64,000 nucleotides of DNA. It comes from Phoronis australis (lineage: Eukaryota > Animalia > Phoronida). Made by a program: the position numbers and the translations under genes. Under the pieces are notes generated by a model. It saw nothing but the letters and a program-made list of their open reading frames with translations, did no database searches and was not told where the DNA came from. Every line of letters begins with the position of its first letter. Position 1 is the stretch's first letter. Below, one piece after another: positions 23,777 to 38,100 of this stretch. The stretch covers positions 338,018-402,017 of the forward strand of contig NMRA01000043.1 of the NCBI GenBank assembly GCA_002633005.1, read 5' to 3'.

Positions 23777-25204
23777 GGCCCGGTCTCCAATCTCCGTACT
23801 CAGACTCATACTCATACTCGAGATTTCATACTCAAAATCGTGCTCACTGGAATCGTACTCAAAAAAGCGTATCTAATGTCGTATTTCGAGTAGACTCTAA
23901 ACGTACTCAAATCTGACACTCATACTCGAGTTGCTATGGAACTCTTTATGATGTGAAATGCAAAATCACGCAAAGCCGCGCTGATTCATCGCTCCCTATT
24001 GGAATAGACCACCCCAAGAACTAGGCCAGCCCATAGACTATAGTACATCTATAATCTATGGCCAGCCTACATTATCGTCTGCTGTCGCTACAACTACACG
24101 AGTATGTCTATAACGTGGAATTCTGAGTGTTCTGTAACTGTTATTCATTTTTTAGTTTCAATAAATATTCTTATGCCATTTCTTTGATACATTTGGCAAT
24201 TATTAAGCTTTACTTCTTGAGTTCCTCACCCAGTCCCGAAAATGTCTTAAGAAATATGTAACAGCTTATCACATCACATCTCTGTTGCTAATTTAGTCTT
24301 GACATAAAACCCATTGCTGTGTAGGCCTACGCTGATGTCAAACTTTGATACTGTATCTTTGTATTTTACCGGGATGTATCAAGTGAGTTGACATTTGGCA
24401 CGTGAGTTAAAAAACAATACTTGTGCAGGCATTCAGAGTTCACCAGTGGCAGTGAACGGGACGAGACGTCTACTTAGAAATCGGCAAACAAAATCTGGAA
24501 TTCCATTTGGGGATTGAGGAATTATAGATGACTAAGTTATGATGAGAAATGTACCTGACAGGGAAGCGAACTTTTTTTAACTTCCCTCCCCTCCTCGTCT
24601 TTTGGAAACCCTACAAAACGTAGGCACACATACCGAAATAAGGGCAGCACAAACTTCTCACACGACTTTTCCCACAACTGCTTTCGACGCTTGTTATGAC
24701 TCGCCGACAAGGGATTACAATGCGCCTGTTGCCAGGAATTGTAGAGGTAGAATGGCGGCCATAACATACAGTGATACGGCGGGTTAATAAGGTGAAGAAT
24801 AAGAAGATTTAAGATGAAAACTATTATCTCTGAACTGAAATTGAAGTGCTGAGATACGGTAAGAGGACTTATTTTTTTAGATTTGCTGTGTTTCTTGGTT
24901 CCCTTTCGATATTTTGTTCTCTGGCTCGTATTTATTTTCGAGTACGATTTCAAGCACACTGCCATACCAAACTTGAAATTTGAGCATAGACTCCGAATTT
25001 TTACTCAAAATCGTACTCGAAATATAGATGAGATACACTTCAGTTCGAGTACACTCGAAAACTGAGTACGTGCTCGAAATTTCGAGTACAGATTTTTCGA
25101 GTATGACATTGAATACACCAAAGCTGAGTCTGTACTCGAGTTGAGTATGAAGTGTGAGTTTGAGCATGATTCGAGTCTGAGTACGGAGATTGGGAGACCG
25201 GGCC
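23777..25204. mobile_element. ~1.43-kb Harbinger-like non-autonomous element, same family as the foldback arms
   Basis: TIR GGCCCGGTCTCC(C)AATCTCCGTACTCAGACTC at both ends; 3-bp CTG TSD; colinear with 17770-18916 plus 21549-21720. Confidence 0.85.
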
Positions 25205-28200
25205 CTGGAAAGTATATGACTGTACGCTGTCAGCAACACAAAAGTACTGGACTGGATTTTTTAACAAGATAAACTTTTTATTTTTTATTTTCATTTCACG
25301 GGTATAGATAAGTGCTGCAGATAACATTCACTACTCAGAAATCGAATCAAAAAGTGTATGGTTAACAGGTAAACATTGCACAAACTGAAACAATTGTAAT
25401 TTATGCAAATTCAAACACACGCACTTAGCTGTGCAAATACGAGCAGTTTTCCGAAATTTACCCAAACACATCTCTTAGTATGGTCGAAACGTTTCAGTCA
25501 TAATTGCAGAACAAACACTCAGAAACCAAAAGTCACTTCTTTCCGTAAATTACTGTAACATCAATGTTTTAACACCCAAAAATGTCTTGTTGAAAAACTC
25601 CTAGCATGTAGTTTAATAAAAGTGGAGATGAAAAGATATCAGAGGCCAGACTATTCCCGGTATTCGGCCAGGTCCATGGGTCGGTGCGTGTAAAGAATAA
25701 ACAATGTGATTCTACGTTTTGTTGACTAATTTTGCCGGGAAATCGCTGGTTGTCCAAAACCGTAGCTCAAGAGTCTCGTTTGATGAACAAAAGTGTCAAA
25801 ATGAAAATGAATCAGTTGAGCAGACTGGCGGATATTTACAGTGCAAACTCTCGCGGCTTGTCTCGGGGTCACAAGCTCTACTACAATGGCCACGTGCCGG
25901 AGTTGTCATTCCAGGGTTAAAGTTTTAGGAACGAACTGAAGGCACCAATAGTTATTCAACATGTCAGACTTTTGAATTTTCCGAGACTGTGTCTAGTGCG
26001 GACTAACAACATCATTTGATTCACATGTAGTGACGTTAACTGTGAACAGTAAAAACAGACAAAGCTTCAATGATAAAGATCTTGATCATGTTTTATTAAA
26101 AGTTGTAAGTCTTGTCGTAGTGAGCATGGGTCTTAAGTTTTTATCGGCGCCCCAATGACCATCTAAGCTACTTTCGATCTTTAATACAACGCGAAGCGTT
26201 GAAATGCGCCCACGACTGCACCGCAAACGCTATGCTTCTAGGATTGTTTATTTCTAGCATAAAATTAGATGGCACAGAATACATTGAACTCATCCAAAAA
26301 TGGGAAGGTGTCGTCGTCTCTCAAAATTTTTTGCCAAATTTCATGGAAATTCATCAAAGAACTCCAAAGATACTAAGGCAAACTGCCATTAGGAACCACA
26401 GCAGTAGTCGAATCCGTACACCAGCTAATAGGAATACAATTACAAAATTTCAAAAACATCTTACAAGGCCTGAGTTTAGGAGATACTGCAGTGTACAGCC
26501 GTAGATGCGACAAATGTCAATAGGGGGCACCACAGTTGTCGGACCCGTTTGAAAATCCGGGTCAGTCGACATGCTCTTACTGTCAGTAGGAAGACATCTG
26601 CCAATTATCATAAAGATTCTTATCTCGGGGTGGCAGACTCAGGAACAGAGGATAAACAAACCGACTAAAAATAATTGAAATGGCTACTAGTTTGTGCAGA
26701 ATACATCGAATTTGTCACAAAAAGGAAAGGCCCTGATGTAGGCCTACATGGAAATGTCTGGGCGAAGAAGACGAGAATTGACGTTTTGTAACAAAAATCA
26801 CAAAAACTTTATTGTTTTATAGCTCTGGGTCAAAACTAATAACTTCAAAAATTCTGTCCGAACAATGCGTTTTTCTGCCGTAAAAGAGATCCGCGAAATT
26901 TGCCATGCATTACAAACGAAGCACTGTGACGCAATCACAGTGTTACAAAAGACGATTCATTCACCCAAAATACACGGTCATTAACTCCCAAACTCGACAC
27001 AGCTAGGGACCGCCAAACACGGTTCACTACAACAAAGCATATGCCGAATACACGGTCACGTACTCATCGGTTTCGCTGGTAAGTGGCGCGAAATAGTGAT
27101 CATTACTACGCAGAACTAAAGGGAATTGAAACAGACAGAGTCTTTTCATGACGTTTGAACAGTCCATGTCATTTTGACTGAGAAGAAAGCTGAAGATAAC
27201 GGAAGTCAAAATTGAGAATTGATGCTACAAAAAGATTTTGGACTCCAATAAATTGTAGAAGAAATAAGCAGTTTAAATGAAAATAATGTTTATTGTTTCT
27301 AATTCACAATAACTTAATCACACTACAGCCAAACAAATGACTTTCTAAAACCGCTCTGAGGTGGTGGCATGTTACAACTATTACTAAAATCTGTTGGTCT
27401 ATTTACACTCACTTATCCACCGTGCCAGTCTTTTTCAATGAAGGTTTCAAGCTATGTTCAACATTTGTTTGGAGTTAGGATGCGCTTTTATACTTGGTCG
27501 ACAAGAATTTACAAGAACATTTTGAAATTTTAAGCACCGAAAACAAGCCTAGGTATGATTTGTAAAGAGATAATTTGTCCATCTACTCAAAAAGTGTGCC
27601 TTTTTAAACTGGCAGAAGACCGAATGGCCTGCTACCTCGTTCACTTGTTGTTATAAAAACATATAAATGTTTATGGACTTTTTTACTAAAATGATGCTTG
27701 AGGCAACGTCTGATTAGGTCATTCTTAGCCCTAACCAGCAATCTATACGGGTGTTTTTGAAGACTGCCGATCAGAAAACAGATCTTGGTTTGTGGTTGAA
27801 AATTGGAAAGAAAAAATAAAGCGAAATGTTTACAGGTGTGTAGTAATTTTATCACTGACAAGATATTTTTGTAAGGAAGGTTACCGTAAGATCCGCAAGG
27901 GGTGTCGACATAGCGCTGCACATCCGATGGTCGGTGGGATTGAACACAGACAATGAACGTCCGTTTTCGCGCCACTGGTAACATGATGAAGCATGCTTTT
28001 GTCCTGTATTATTCGCGCTCGTACACGAAAGGTTTTGTATTAATATGATAACTAATCGCCATTTTAATATCCAGTACCGCGGGGGTTTACCTGCTGAGGT
28101 GACTGTTTTGCGGGCAAAAGATGGCGCTGTGAATTTGCCCTTTTTGGAATCGATTTCACAATGTGGCTACCGGTGATTGGGACACATTTTGCTATTCTTG

Positions 28201-28923
28201 ATTTACAAAAGGAATTTACAAGAACTCTGATATTGTATTACCATCACAGAAGTCTGGAGCTTTGCTGTGGAGAAAAGATCAAAACTTAATACATATATGT
28301 ATTCCTCATTTAAAATTGATTTTGAAATGTAATCCTGGCGTGGTATAAAAGTGATATGTATTTATTGAAGAATACACAGAACATACAAAGAAATAATAAC
28401 AAACCCAGAAACCGCGAAGCATTATATCTGGGTTGTAAACAATTCATAAATGAAACTAATATACATAGAGGTATTCCCTATATCTTTTTAGTTGTTCCAA
28501 TCATAACTTGATTATTGAGGAAGGTAGACTTGCTATTGTGGACCAAAACTACCGTGTGTGTTGTTTCCGTGTGTCCCTAATTGGAGATGAATATCATTTC
28601 ATATGTGTTTATAAAAAGTACTGTTCTCTGACTAACTGCATTTATACCTGAGTGGTGCTAGCGTGAACCAAATAAACGTAAATTTGTAAAACCCAAGGAA
28701 AATGTCGGAGCCTATTGCTCAGATTAATCTAATGAAAATTTTATTTCACGCCACTGCCCTCAGGGAAAAGCTGCTCGGCGTTGTCCTGTAAATTTTATGT
28801 AACATGTGGGCCAAGGCCTTACATGTTGAAAATAAATAAACAAAAATTAAAGTCCTTGGCCACAGGTCCGTACCAGAACTACATTGGTCATTGAAACCAG
28901 AAATGTCAACTGTGACAGCTAAC

Positions 28924-29086
28924 CATAGGCGGATCCAGGGCCGGGGGAGGTCAAGGGGTCCGGACCCACCTTTTCCCTTGATTTTAATATCAAATCTAGA
29001 CTTTTCAAATTGTCGACTTGGACCCCTCTTTTTAAAAAAATCTTTGATCCGACCCCCCTTTTAAAAAATACTGCATCCTCCCAGTG
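28924..29086. mobile_element. ~160-bp MITE, related to 11502-11661
   Basis: Ends CATAGGCGGATCCAG ... CTGCATCCTCCCAGTG; 5-bp direct repeat CTAAC on both flanks. Confidence 0.6.
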
Positions 29087-29130
29087 CTAACGTAAAATAT
29101 GAACTTAATATTTTTTATTAATAGTCTAAT

Positions 29131-32100
29131 TCAAATGACGGCCGATCTGTCGGGAGTCATTGACACCACGTCGTCGTACGTCGGAGGGCTGTCGCTATAA
29201 GGCGGTGGAAATTGCGAACAAACGTTCTGAAATGACGAGCTAACTGTAAAGTATGACGGAGTGGCTAGGGTAACTTGAAGTTCAGCTTGATCTGCAGCGT
29301 ATGAAGTTGACTGTGGAATGTAATGAAACTGCAAACACAAAGAAAAATTTACTTTAGTGAACAGAGAACAGCTTACAGTGCATGTTGGAAGAATATGAAA
29401 AACAGTTTAATAGCATTGCCTGTTATATTCCTGCAAACAAACACAGCCGGGTGTTTTGACACTTCGTGACCCAAATAGACACGCTTTAATGCAAATTTTC
29501 ACTTATTTCTTTGACAATCTGGCATTTTATTTTCCTTGATTCTTTGCACATGAGTACAACTGAAGAAATCTTACAAAAGAAAACGGTGCCCACCTCTCCG
29601 ACGTTAATTGCATCCGGTGCTAAAAATACATGGGCATTGAGTAACTACTCCAAATATCTTATTATTATTATCAGGTGGCTCAACCGACATCTGATCACTA
29701 TAAGATTGACATGCTCCAGCAAGAATCATGTATGCGGTTGCTAGGAGTCACGTTCTGCCTGATCAGAATTTTTTTACTCTCATGAAAGGTTATCAAATGC
29801 GCCCACCGGAATACCTCCTGCGATTCCTCCTGCGAGATTTCACCCATCGGTGACGAATTCTTAAAGCAAGAATGAAATTTCAATTTATTACAGAACCAAT
29901 GTAGTTCTCTACATAGTGACACTAAAGTAATCTGTAGTATACGTAGACAATGGGTTTATTATCTCCCCTGTGATATTTACCTACGCTGTCAAGCTACAAC
30001 GTATTGGTTATGTTTACTTTTATCACGCAAATGTCACTTTGCAAAAAACATACGCTGGTTGAGCACAACACCAATACATTTACAACAACCAAATGACGAA
30101 GTTTCCCAAGGATTTTTCAGTCAAGGCCCATATTCATGGGGAATGCCAGTGAAACAAAGAAGTGTTATTGACAAATACCGTAGGAACTCATTCAGTTTTA
30201 AAACCACGAAAACTACACAAAAATACGTCATTGTTAAAAATATTAACTGCCTTCAAACCTTATCAGTGAGCTCATTTATTGATCTAAAATCGTGTTAAGA
30301 ATTTAGTTTCCTCGAAATATTTTGTTACGCATAAAACTAGGCCGTACACAAAACCGGTTCCTGTATTCGCACAGCGGGTTAGGTGAAATTGAGCACTTGA
30401 GTTCCGACTCCCCAAAAAACATTATCTGTGCATTAATTTGATGTTGCAAATGCAATCTTATAGCATATTTTACATTTTATGTACTTAAACTTTGAAATTC
30501 GAACATCCTCATGACGGACTACGTGAGTGCGAACTCACGCAGTATGCGCACAGTTGACGAAATGTGTTTGGTTCTGGGTTCTCTTATAATGGAGGCTCGC
30601 GCCAAGCGGAAATTAATCGAGAAACCCACCTAATGGTTGATCACTGAACTACTTGAGATCTCGCAGAACAAATAGCAGTGAGCACAGTTCCTAGCGTCTG
30701 CCGAGAGAGATGGGTCTTGTGAATGTAGGAATGTTCCAACTGAACGAAACGAACTGGATACAAACGTGAGCTCAGAAATAACACAAATCGTAATGGTTGG
30801 CGTTATAAAAAAGAACAAAACGGTAACACTCGCGCAACTTATTTACAAGCAAACGCTGAAATTACAAAATAATCTATTCTTATAACTGAAATCTGCACAT
30901 GCTTGTATCATGTGTGATCACGGGATCTGATACGATGCACGGGATCTGAGTTTTTGACAAATTCACTTTCCTGGCGAAAAAAACCGATTTACGATAAATA
31001 AAAAATCTCACCATATTTGGAATGCGTCCTCCTTTTCTCTCCTGCTCAAACATGCGTCTTGCGTGAATGAGAACTAGGCCAAAACTGGTGATCTGGAATT
31101 AAAAATAAATAAAATGAAAACGGTTGCTTGTCTTCCATAACTACTCTCATTTACAAAACATTTCAAACTGACTTTTAATTAATCTCTATTTCTCATGTTT
31201 CATGTTTTATAGCAAATGAGGAGGATAACAACAAACGCTGCAAAACATATAACGTCAACATAAGAGTCGTTTTACATTTAACTGCACTGACGACAAACTT
31301 GTTGTTTATAAGTAGAATAACGAAAGTTTACACACAATGAAGCGGGAAGTGGCAGAAATATCTTTTAGACGACAGGCGGTTCCATTTTTATATTATTATC
31401 TGCCGTGTTGCCTTGTAAATGTATTGCAAAATTTTTATACTATATAGTTCGTTTCTGTAGTTAAATAGTAAGTTACATGTAAGTAACCTGATATTTAGCG
31501 TACTTCACTACAAATTCTTGGTGATTACGTTGTATGGTTAATATAGTTCGGGAGTAGCCCGTAGTTAACACAAACTTCGTTGAAAGTACGACTAGACTTT
31601 TTGTTTGAAAGCTTGATACAGAGTCACTCGTAGTATCGGAACAGTCTCCGTTCTTCAGTTGTGAAGCTACGTAGTAATACACCGAGAGACATAACAAACA
31701 AACAAATTAAAACACTAGCTATATTTTGAGACTACATGTCTCATCATCAGGCAATAAGTGGAATGAACATATAAGTAGCGAAATAAACAGTGAAATACAC
31801 GTGAGAGCAGGAAGAGGGGCACACAAGCAGTGAGTGTGAATGTATCACACAGTAAGAAGCCCACAAGCCTATCAAAACAGAACCAGCGTGCTGTACGCCC
31901 CTGTGAGCTGCTCATCCAATACAGGTTTTCGTGACTCATCAATAGCGATTCCAAATCTTTAGTCGAAATGTCATTTTCAACATAGCGAATGATGGTACTC
32001 TGCTATTTCTTGCCTAGTTATTTTTCGGCCATGTTGGTGTACAAGATCACTTAATATACCAACATGGGGGAAAATAATATTAAAAAGAAAAAAACAAGGA

Positions 32101-35100
32101 TAGTACAGATACGGAGATTAGGAGCATCAAGATTTATAAAAGATTCTTAAAATTTTACTAGCACTACTTAAGAGGAATTCACTGTGAAAAAGGTCGAAAT
32201 TTAGACTACCATTTAATAATAATGTAAGTTTAGTAGAAATGTTATTACAAGATGTGAGAGCATTTTCAATTAATTGGTTTCCATTGAGTGCAAGAAAGAG
32301 ACAATAAATTCCACTCGGAGTAATAAACGATTAAAATGAAATAGCACTACCGGGGTATATGCCAAGGACCTGTAGAGTGAACGTACGTCACGTGGCCGTG
32401 ATGATCTCATGCCTGGTGGCACACCAAACGTTTTGTACTTATTTGTTTTTAAGTCTGAATTATATATACTTACTTGAACTACAATGCGCACTACTGCAAA
32501 TACCAAAAGGAATATCTCCCACCCGCTTAGCTCCTGAAAGTAAAATTTATAGCAACGTAAGTAGTAAATTTTCTAAAATATTATCCAGTTTGAGCAGTAC
32601 TCAGTATTAACCAGATCCATTTCGGAGTGCATAGTCTGCGACTGGATGAGTGAACGGCNGGAGATTAGGAGCATCAAGATTTATAAAAGATTCTTAAAAT
32701 TTTACTAGCACTACTTAAGAGGAATTCACTGTGAAAAAGGTCGAAGTTTAGACTACCATTTAATAATAATGTAAGTTTAGTAGAAATGTTATTACAAGCA
32801 CTACCGGGGTATATGCCAAGGACCTGTAGAGTGAACGTACGTCACATGGCCGTGATGATCTCATGCCTGGTGGCACACCAAACGTTTTGTACTTATTTGT
32901 TTTTAAGTCTGAATTATATATACTTACTTGAACTACAATGCGCACTACTGCAAATACCAAAAGGAATATCTCCCACCCGCTTAGCTCCTGAAAGTAAAAT
33001 TTATAGCAACGTAAGTAGTAAATTTTCTAAAATATTATCCAGTTTGAGCAGTACTCAGTATTAACCAGATCCATTTCGGAGTGCATAGTCTGCGACTGGA
33101 TGAGTGAACGGCTGTGTATTAAATTGGCACAGCTATGGTACACGTAGTCGGGGTATTGACGGTTTGTAGTTGGCAACACCTTTGTAAGTTGTTGCAGAAA
33201 GAGATGATTCTTCTTGGTTTTCCCAGTTATGTAAAGTAACAACACCTATTACAAATTATTTGTACCTGATTGACTTGAAATTTAGAAGAAGACCCGATTA
33301 TGCGATTAGTGCGAAGGGAATGCACGCTTAATTCCATTGCAGTTGAGATATGTTCTCAGCATGTGCGCCTCGGAGAATCCAAGGCTGCTTTGCATACACA
33401 CAAAAATTACTAACAGGATCAGGCAAGTATTCACGAGACCATTTTTTTCCTAATCGTTTCCTTGTCATCTGGACAAAGCGGTACGTCAACGTGTTATGTC
33501 AAAGAATCGTTGATTATAGTGGTAGAAATGTTGACTATGGAGTATCGGTGCGGACCGAATATTGATCAGGATAACGTGTATCCGAGTTCCAATTTGTTCA
33601 ATATTTTTACTATTTTGTTAACCTTTTAAGAAAAATAAACGAAACCTTCTCATTGAAAAAGAACATCCTTGTGGTGAAGATTTCGCGGTCAAATTTCAGC
33701 CTTACCAAGTGCAATGTGGAGTGCGTCTGGCTCACGGAAATGATGCCCCAGAACTCAACAGCAAAGGAAACTATGCTGTTGAACAACCACGGCAACATAC
33801 AATATTTGTTCTCCTAAAATACGAAATAAAAATGTATTACGAAGCGAAATAAAAGTTCTGTAATCCAGAAAATGTTTTCTCGAAATCTTAAGAAACAAAA
33901 CTAACTGAGGTGAAAAAGTTACTTTAACCTCATACAGTCCACATTTGATGGCTTACAAAGTACTATGTAAGGAAATCTGGACTTAGATATTTGCAATATC
34001 TAATTTTCTGTAGAAAGTAGATGTCCCACCTCCCTTCCCTTGTCACCAGCAAATATTTTACTGCCTTGAAAGTTTGCTTTTATTCTTCTATTCCGCCATG
34101 TAATATTTTGCGAACAATATATATGAGTGCTATTTGGTTAAAACAGACTTCTCAGTTTTCAATTCGCGTAAAAAGTGTCCATGTTTAAGGGCAAGTTGCC
34201 GTACGCCCAGTTCCTCGAGTATACCCCTGGCTGCTTGTTACCTTTATTGCGCCTACAACTAGAACCAGGGAAGTAACTATGAACAGTACGTAGCTCGACA
34301 TCCATGCAAGAGAAGCTGTCAATTGCGTGACTCTCTGCCAACCTGTGTGCAAGAAAAGGAACCTATTAGCAAATGGTATAATTAACCTATAACATAAACT
34401 TTCCATTTGTTGGAGGGGTAGACAATCTAGTGACAGTCATTAAATGGTTTCAAGATTACCCCGTCATCAAGGTAGATGGGATTACAGTACACATTGGTCA
34501 GTTTTGGAAAACAATGAACAAAATATAAGCTGCATTTTTCCTAAAACAAAAGTCGCTCGCTCCCAACAGTGTTGTGTCGGCTGGAATGGAAAACAATGCT
34601 CGCCTTCGTCGAGGCTCAACATTTGCGAGACATGCTAGAAACAATATTTCTTGGCCCAGGCAATAGAATTATTGAAAAGTATGAGTGTTCACACAGCAGC
34701 AATAGTAACAAAGGCACCACATTGTAACATCAAGTTTTCTCCTCTTAATAACGGTAATCGAACTGATTCTTAAAATCCGGGACCCCTGAAAATGACTGTT
34801 GCCACTTTCCCGTCATTAACGGCCGTTTTAAGTCGGTTACAGTCTTGACTGTATGTTTACTAAAAATACTAATAACGAAACATTGCGTTGTGACATCCTG
34901 CTATATCTTGCCAAATTTGCACTTTTAGCATTTTTTCTACCTGTAGTCCTTGCTAAACGTTTTTAAAAATCTCTTTGAAATGGCCTTCCCGGCGTGAAAG
35001 AATTTATTATTTAGCTTTTGGTTTAGATTAGTTACAGTGATAGAACTGAATTAGACTAGTTCATTTGATAAAACTGATTTAGACTAGTTACCGGGATAAA

Positions 35101-38100
35101 ACTGATTTAGACTAGTTACCGGGATAAAACTGATTTAGACTAGTTTCCGGGATAAAACTGATTTAGACTAGTTACCGGGATAAAATTGATTTAGATCTAT
35201 TTCGTAATCGAGAAGTGGTATTTGAGTGTGGGAAGAACCCCCAATTTCCATGTTATTGAGAACAGTTTCAATAAATTAGTCTGAAACGGTAAGCCAGATA
35301 GTGGGCGGAGTATACGTGGTCTCGAGAAATGACGAATCCCTTCTCGCCTCAGTAAGAACAAAATTGATACCAAAGCGATTCACATGACAGAAGCATTGTG
35401 TTGAAGCTCAACTTTGAAGCGTAGGCAGTAATGTCTTACCTTGGTATTGGTATACCGCCTTCAGTGTAACGAACCTGTATGCCAGGAACAGCAAAGATAC
35501 TAATGATATTACCTGAAAAACATTTTTGGAAGTTTAATTTCTATTAGTATCGATATTTGTGCTAATATTACAATTCATTTGACATTTCTTATTTTTTTTG
35601 CATTTATTATCATTGCTATTAAATATTACTATTATTATTATTACTATTACTATTACTATTACTGTTACTATTATTATTATTACTATTACTATTAATTACT
35701 ATTGCTATCACTATTATTATTATTGTTATTATTATTATCATCATCATTATTATTATCATTGTCATTACCGTTATCGTTATTGTTATTATTATTACAACTA
35801 CTGTTAGCACGAATCATGCAAAAATCAGTTTTTGCAAGGCAACCTTTGACTGTACATTTTTATCTAACCTCTCCTGGAATTTTTATGAAACTCATTTTCC
35901 AATTCCGAATTCGTATATCCTTATGTAGATTAGGCCCAAATAGTCAGTCAAGAACTTGATACAATAGCTTCTTCCACAAGTATTCTAATGATTTCACATC
36001 TGCCCTCCAGAAATGACTGGACACTGTATAGTATACAGTGCACAGTATACAATGTACAGTATACCCTGCACAGTATACGCTGCTCTGCACAGTACACTCT
36101 GCACAGTATACACTGCACAGTGTACATTGCACAGTATACATTGCACAGTATTTTTGGAATATGACTGTTTATCAAAGAAAATGTTGTAAATACTGTCAAT
36201 GAACCAATCTTCAAAACAAAGCGAAGCAAGAAAGAACATAAAATAGAGACAACAACAAAATTTTCTATGCAAATATTACAGCCCTATAGCACAAAACATT
36301 TAGGCCTATTCTCGTAAAACTCGTACTAAAAGTAGTCAGCCTCCACACGGTTACTACTTGATGCAACTCCTTTGCCGTGATCTCTGTTTATGAATCTGAT
36401 GAACAAACTATTTCAGATGTCATATGAAATGGTAATGTGTGTTCTCAAGAGTAGGTTATCAGTGTTTTATTTAAAGAATCAATACTTAATATTTCTCTAC
36501 ATAGAGTATGAGATTATTATACAGTTACTGACTTTCACCAAAGGCAATGTGCTAGTTTTTAGACCCCATAAAATGTGATAGTTACCGAGGCTGAACCAAA
36601 ACTATTATTATTTTTTAGGGCCTAAAAACCAACATACTGACCTAGAGTGAAGATCAGCTATTGTTGTTATTACTTAATTACAACTCCTTAATTACAACTC
36701 CTAAGTAATTCACGGAAGGAGGCTTTCTACCATATGTCGATCACTCGTTCGGTCAATCAGCTATCATTTTTTTACCGAAACCATTGAGATTTTGAGTAAA
36801 ATTCCAGAAAATGACAGAAATAGAGAAAGAAAATATCTCTTATATTTTCGGAAAGATCATGTTTTGGGGTCACACTGTGCAAAGCAATCGACAAATGTCA
36901 TTTAATTTGGCTACATCAACACGATGGCAACCTGCGTGTCAGACTACACGGCGCGTTTTTAAAAGTATGTATTTAACGTCAGTGAAGATTTTAACTTTTT
37001 AAACAAATCTTTTGTACAATACCGTGACAGTGGGAACTACAATGCCTTGATGCAGGTTTGCACTTACCCGATGGTTTACATTTTACGCTTATTTAAAAAC
37101 AAATGTGACGTCAGAATCCTGATGAAATAAAAAGGCTAGAGACAAGTGTTTTTAACAGAATCTTGTGTTAATCGGTCAGTGGAGACACCAATAGTTTGCA
37201 GGAGACTTGACAAGAACTGGCTGAACACGTTATAACAGGATTTAGCATCCTTTTAAGGCAGTGAGGGAAGGCACAAAAACTGCTAATCGTACTGCCAAGA
37301 ATAAAAAGTTTGGGTCTACGTTCAGCCATTTTTGAGTCACTAGCACAGAAAGATGATATTAGTCACTAGAAGCATCAAATCAGGTGACTCATCTGATAAC
37401 AGTAACTGTAGGCAGTCGCATAACAGTAACTGTTGGCAGTCGCATGTGCATCAGTGAGAATTCGTAGAGTCACAAATGAATCATGATGTAATGTAATCAA
37501 ATTAAGATTGACACCTGCAATCAAGTGGAGTAGAAGTATTTTGTCTAAAATACAATACACTGTCTGGTCTCCAAGTTCAGTGAGTGAAGTACTCGTGTCA
37601 CTGTTGACGGTCTACATTTTGTTGAGAGATTAGCAAATTATAGAAATTGTTAGCTTCGTCGCTATCGATTTTATTATCGTTTTCTATCCATTTGTCGCCA
37701 TATAAAATGTACTCTGCTGTTGGAAGCACAGCTGCCACAGCATGCCCAGGTAGTTATGGCAATCGACGTAAAGTAAGACAACGATCGATAAGCGCAATTG
37801 CTTTACCAACAGCAGCAAGAATGCTCAAGATGAAAACAAAATGTGCATCGGTTTCTTTTCGTGTGTTCAAAAGATGGAAAAGTCATAAGCAAATGCTTTG
37901 TTCCGTTTTAACGCATGTAAACAGGACGATTACTTCTTGGGCTTGGCATTCTCCAAACTCGGAACTCGAGAAGGCAGGCCAGAATATTTTGACACTTTTG
38001 ATTGAGTACGAACTCAAACTAAGTGTCTATGATTGACTACTCTAGTTCACGTAAAAATAGAGATTTTGAAGTCCTAAACTTGAATTTGTAGCTCAAATGA

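Noticed and set aside
17656-25327. Family of similar short ORFs (e.g. SSYHISA.QFQFRD, FEYEISSMRMSLST)
   Set aside because: Chance ORFs recurring because the non-coding element arms are repeated three times.
35598-36272. Low-complexity ORFs (poly-I/Y/L; Cys-rich, including KFCCCL)
   Set aside because: Translations of microsatellite and tandem repeats. A better first coding exon for the tetraspan gene exists at 38881-39000.
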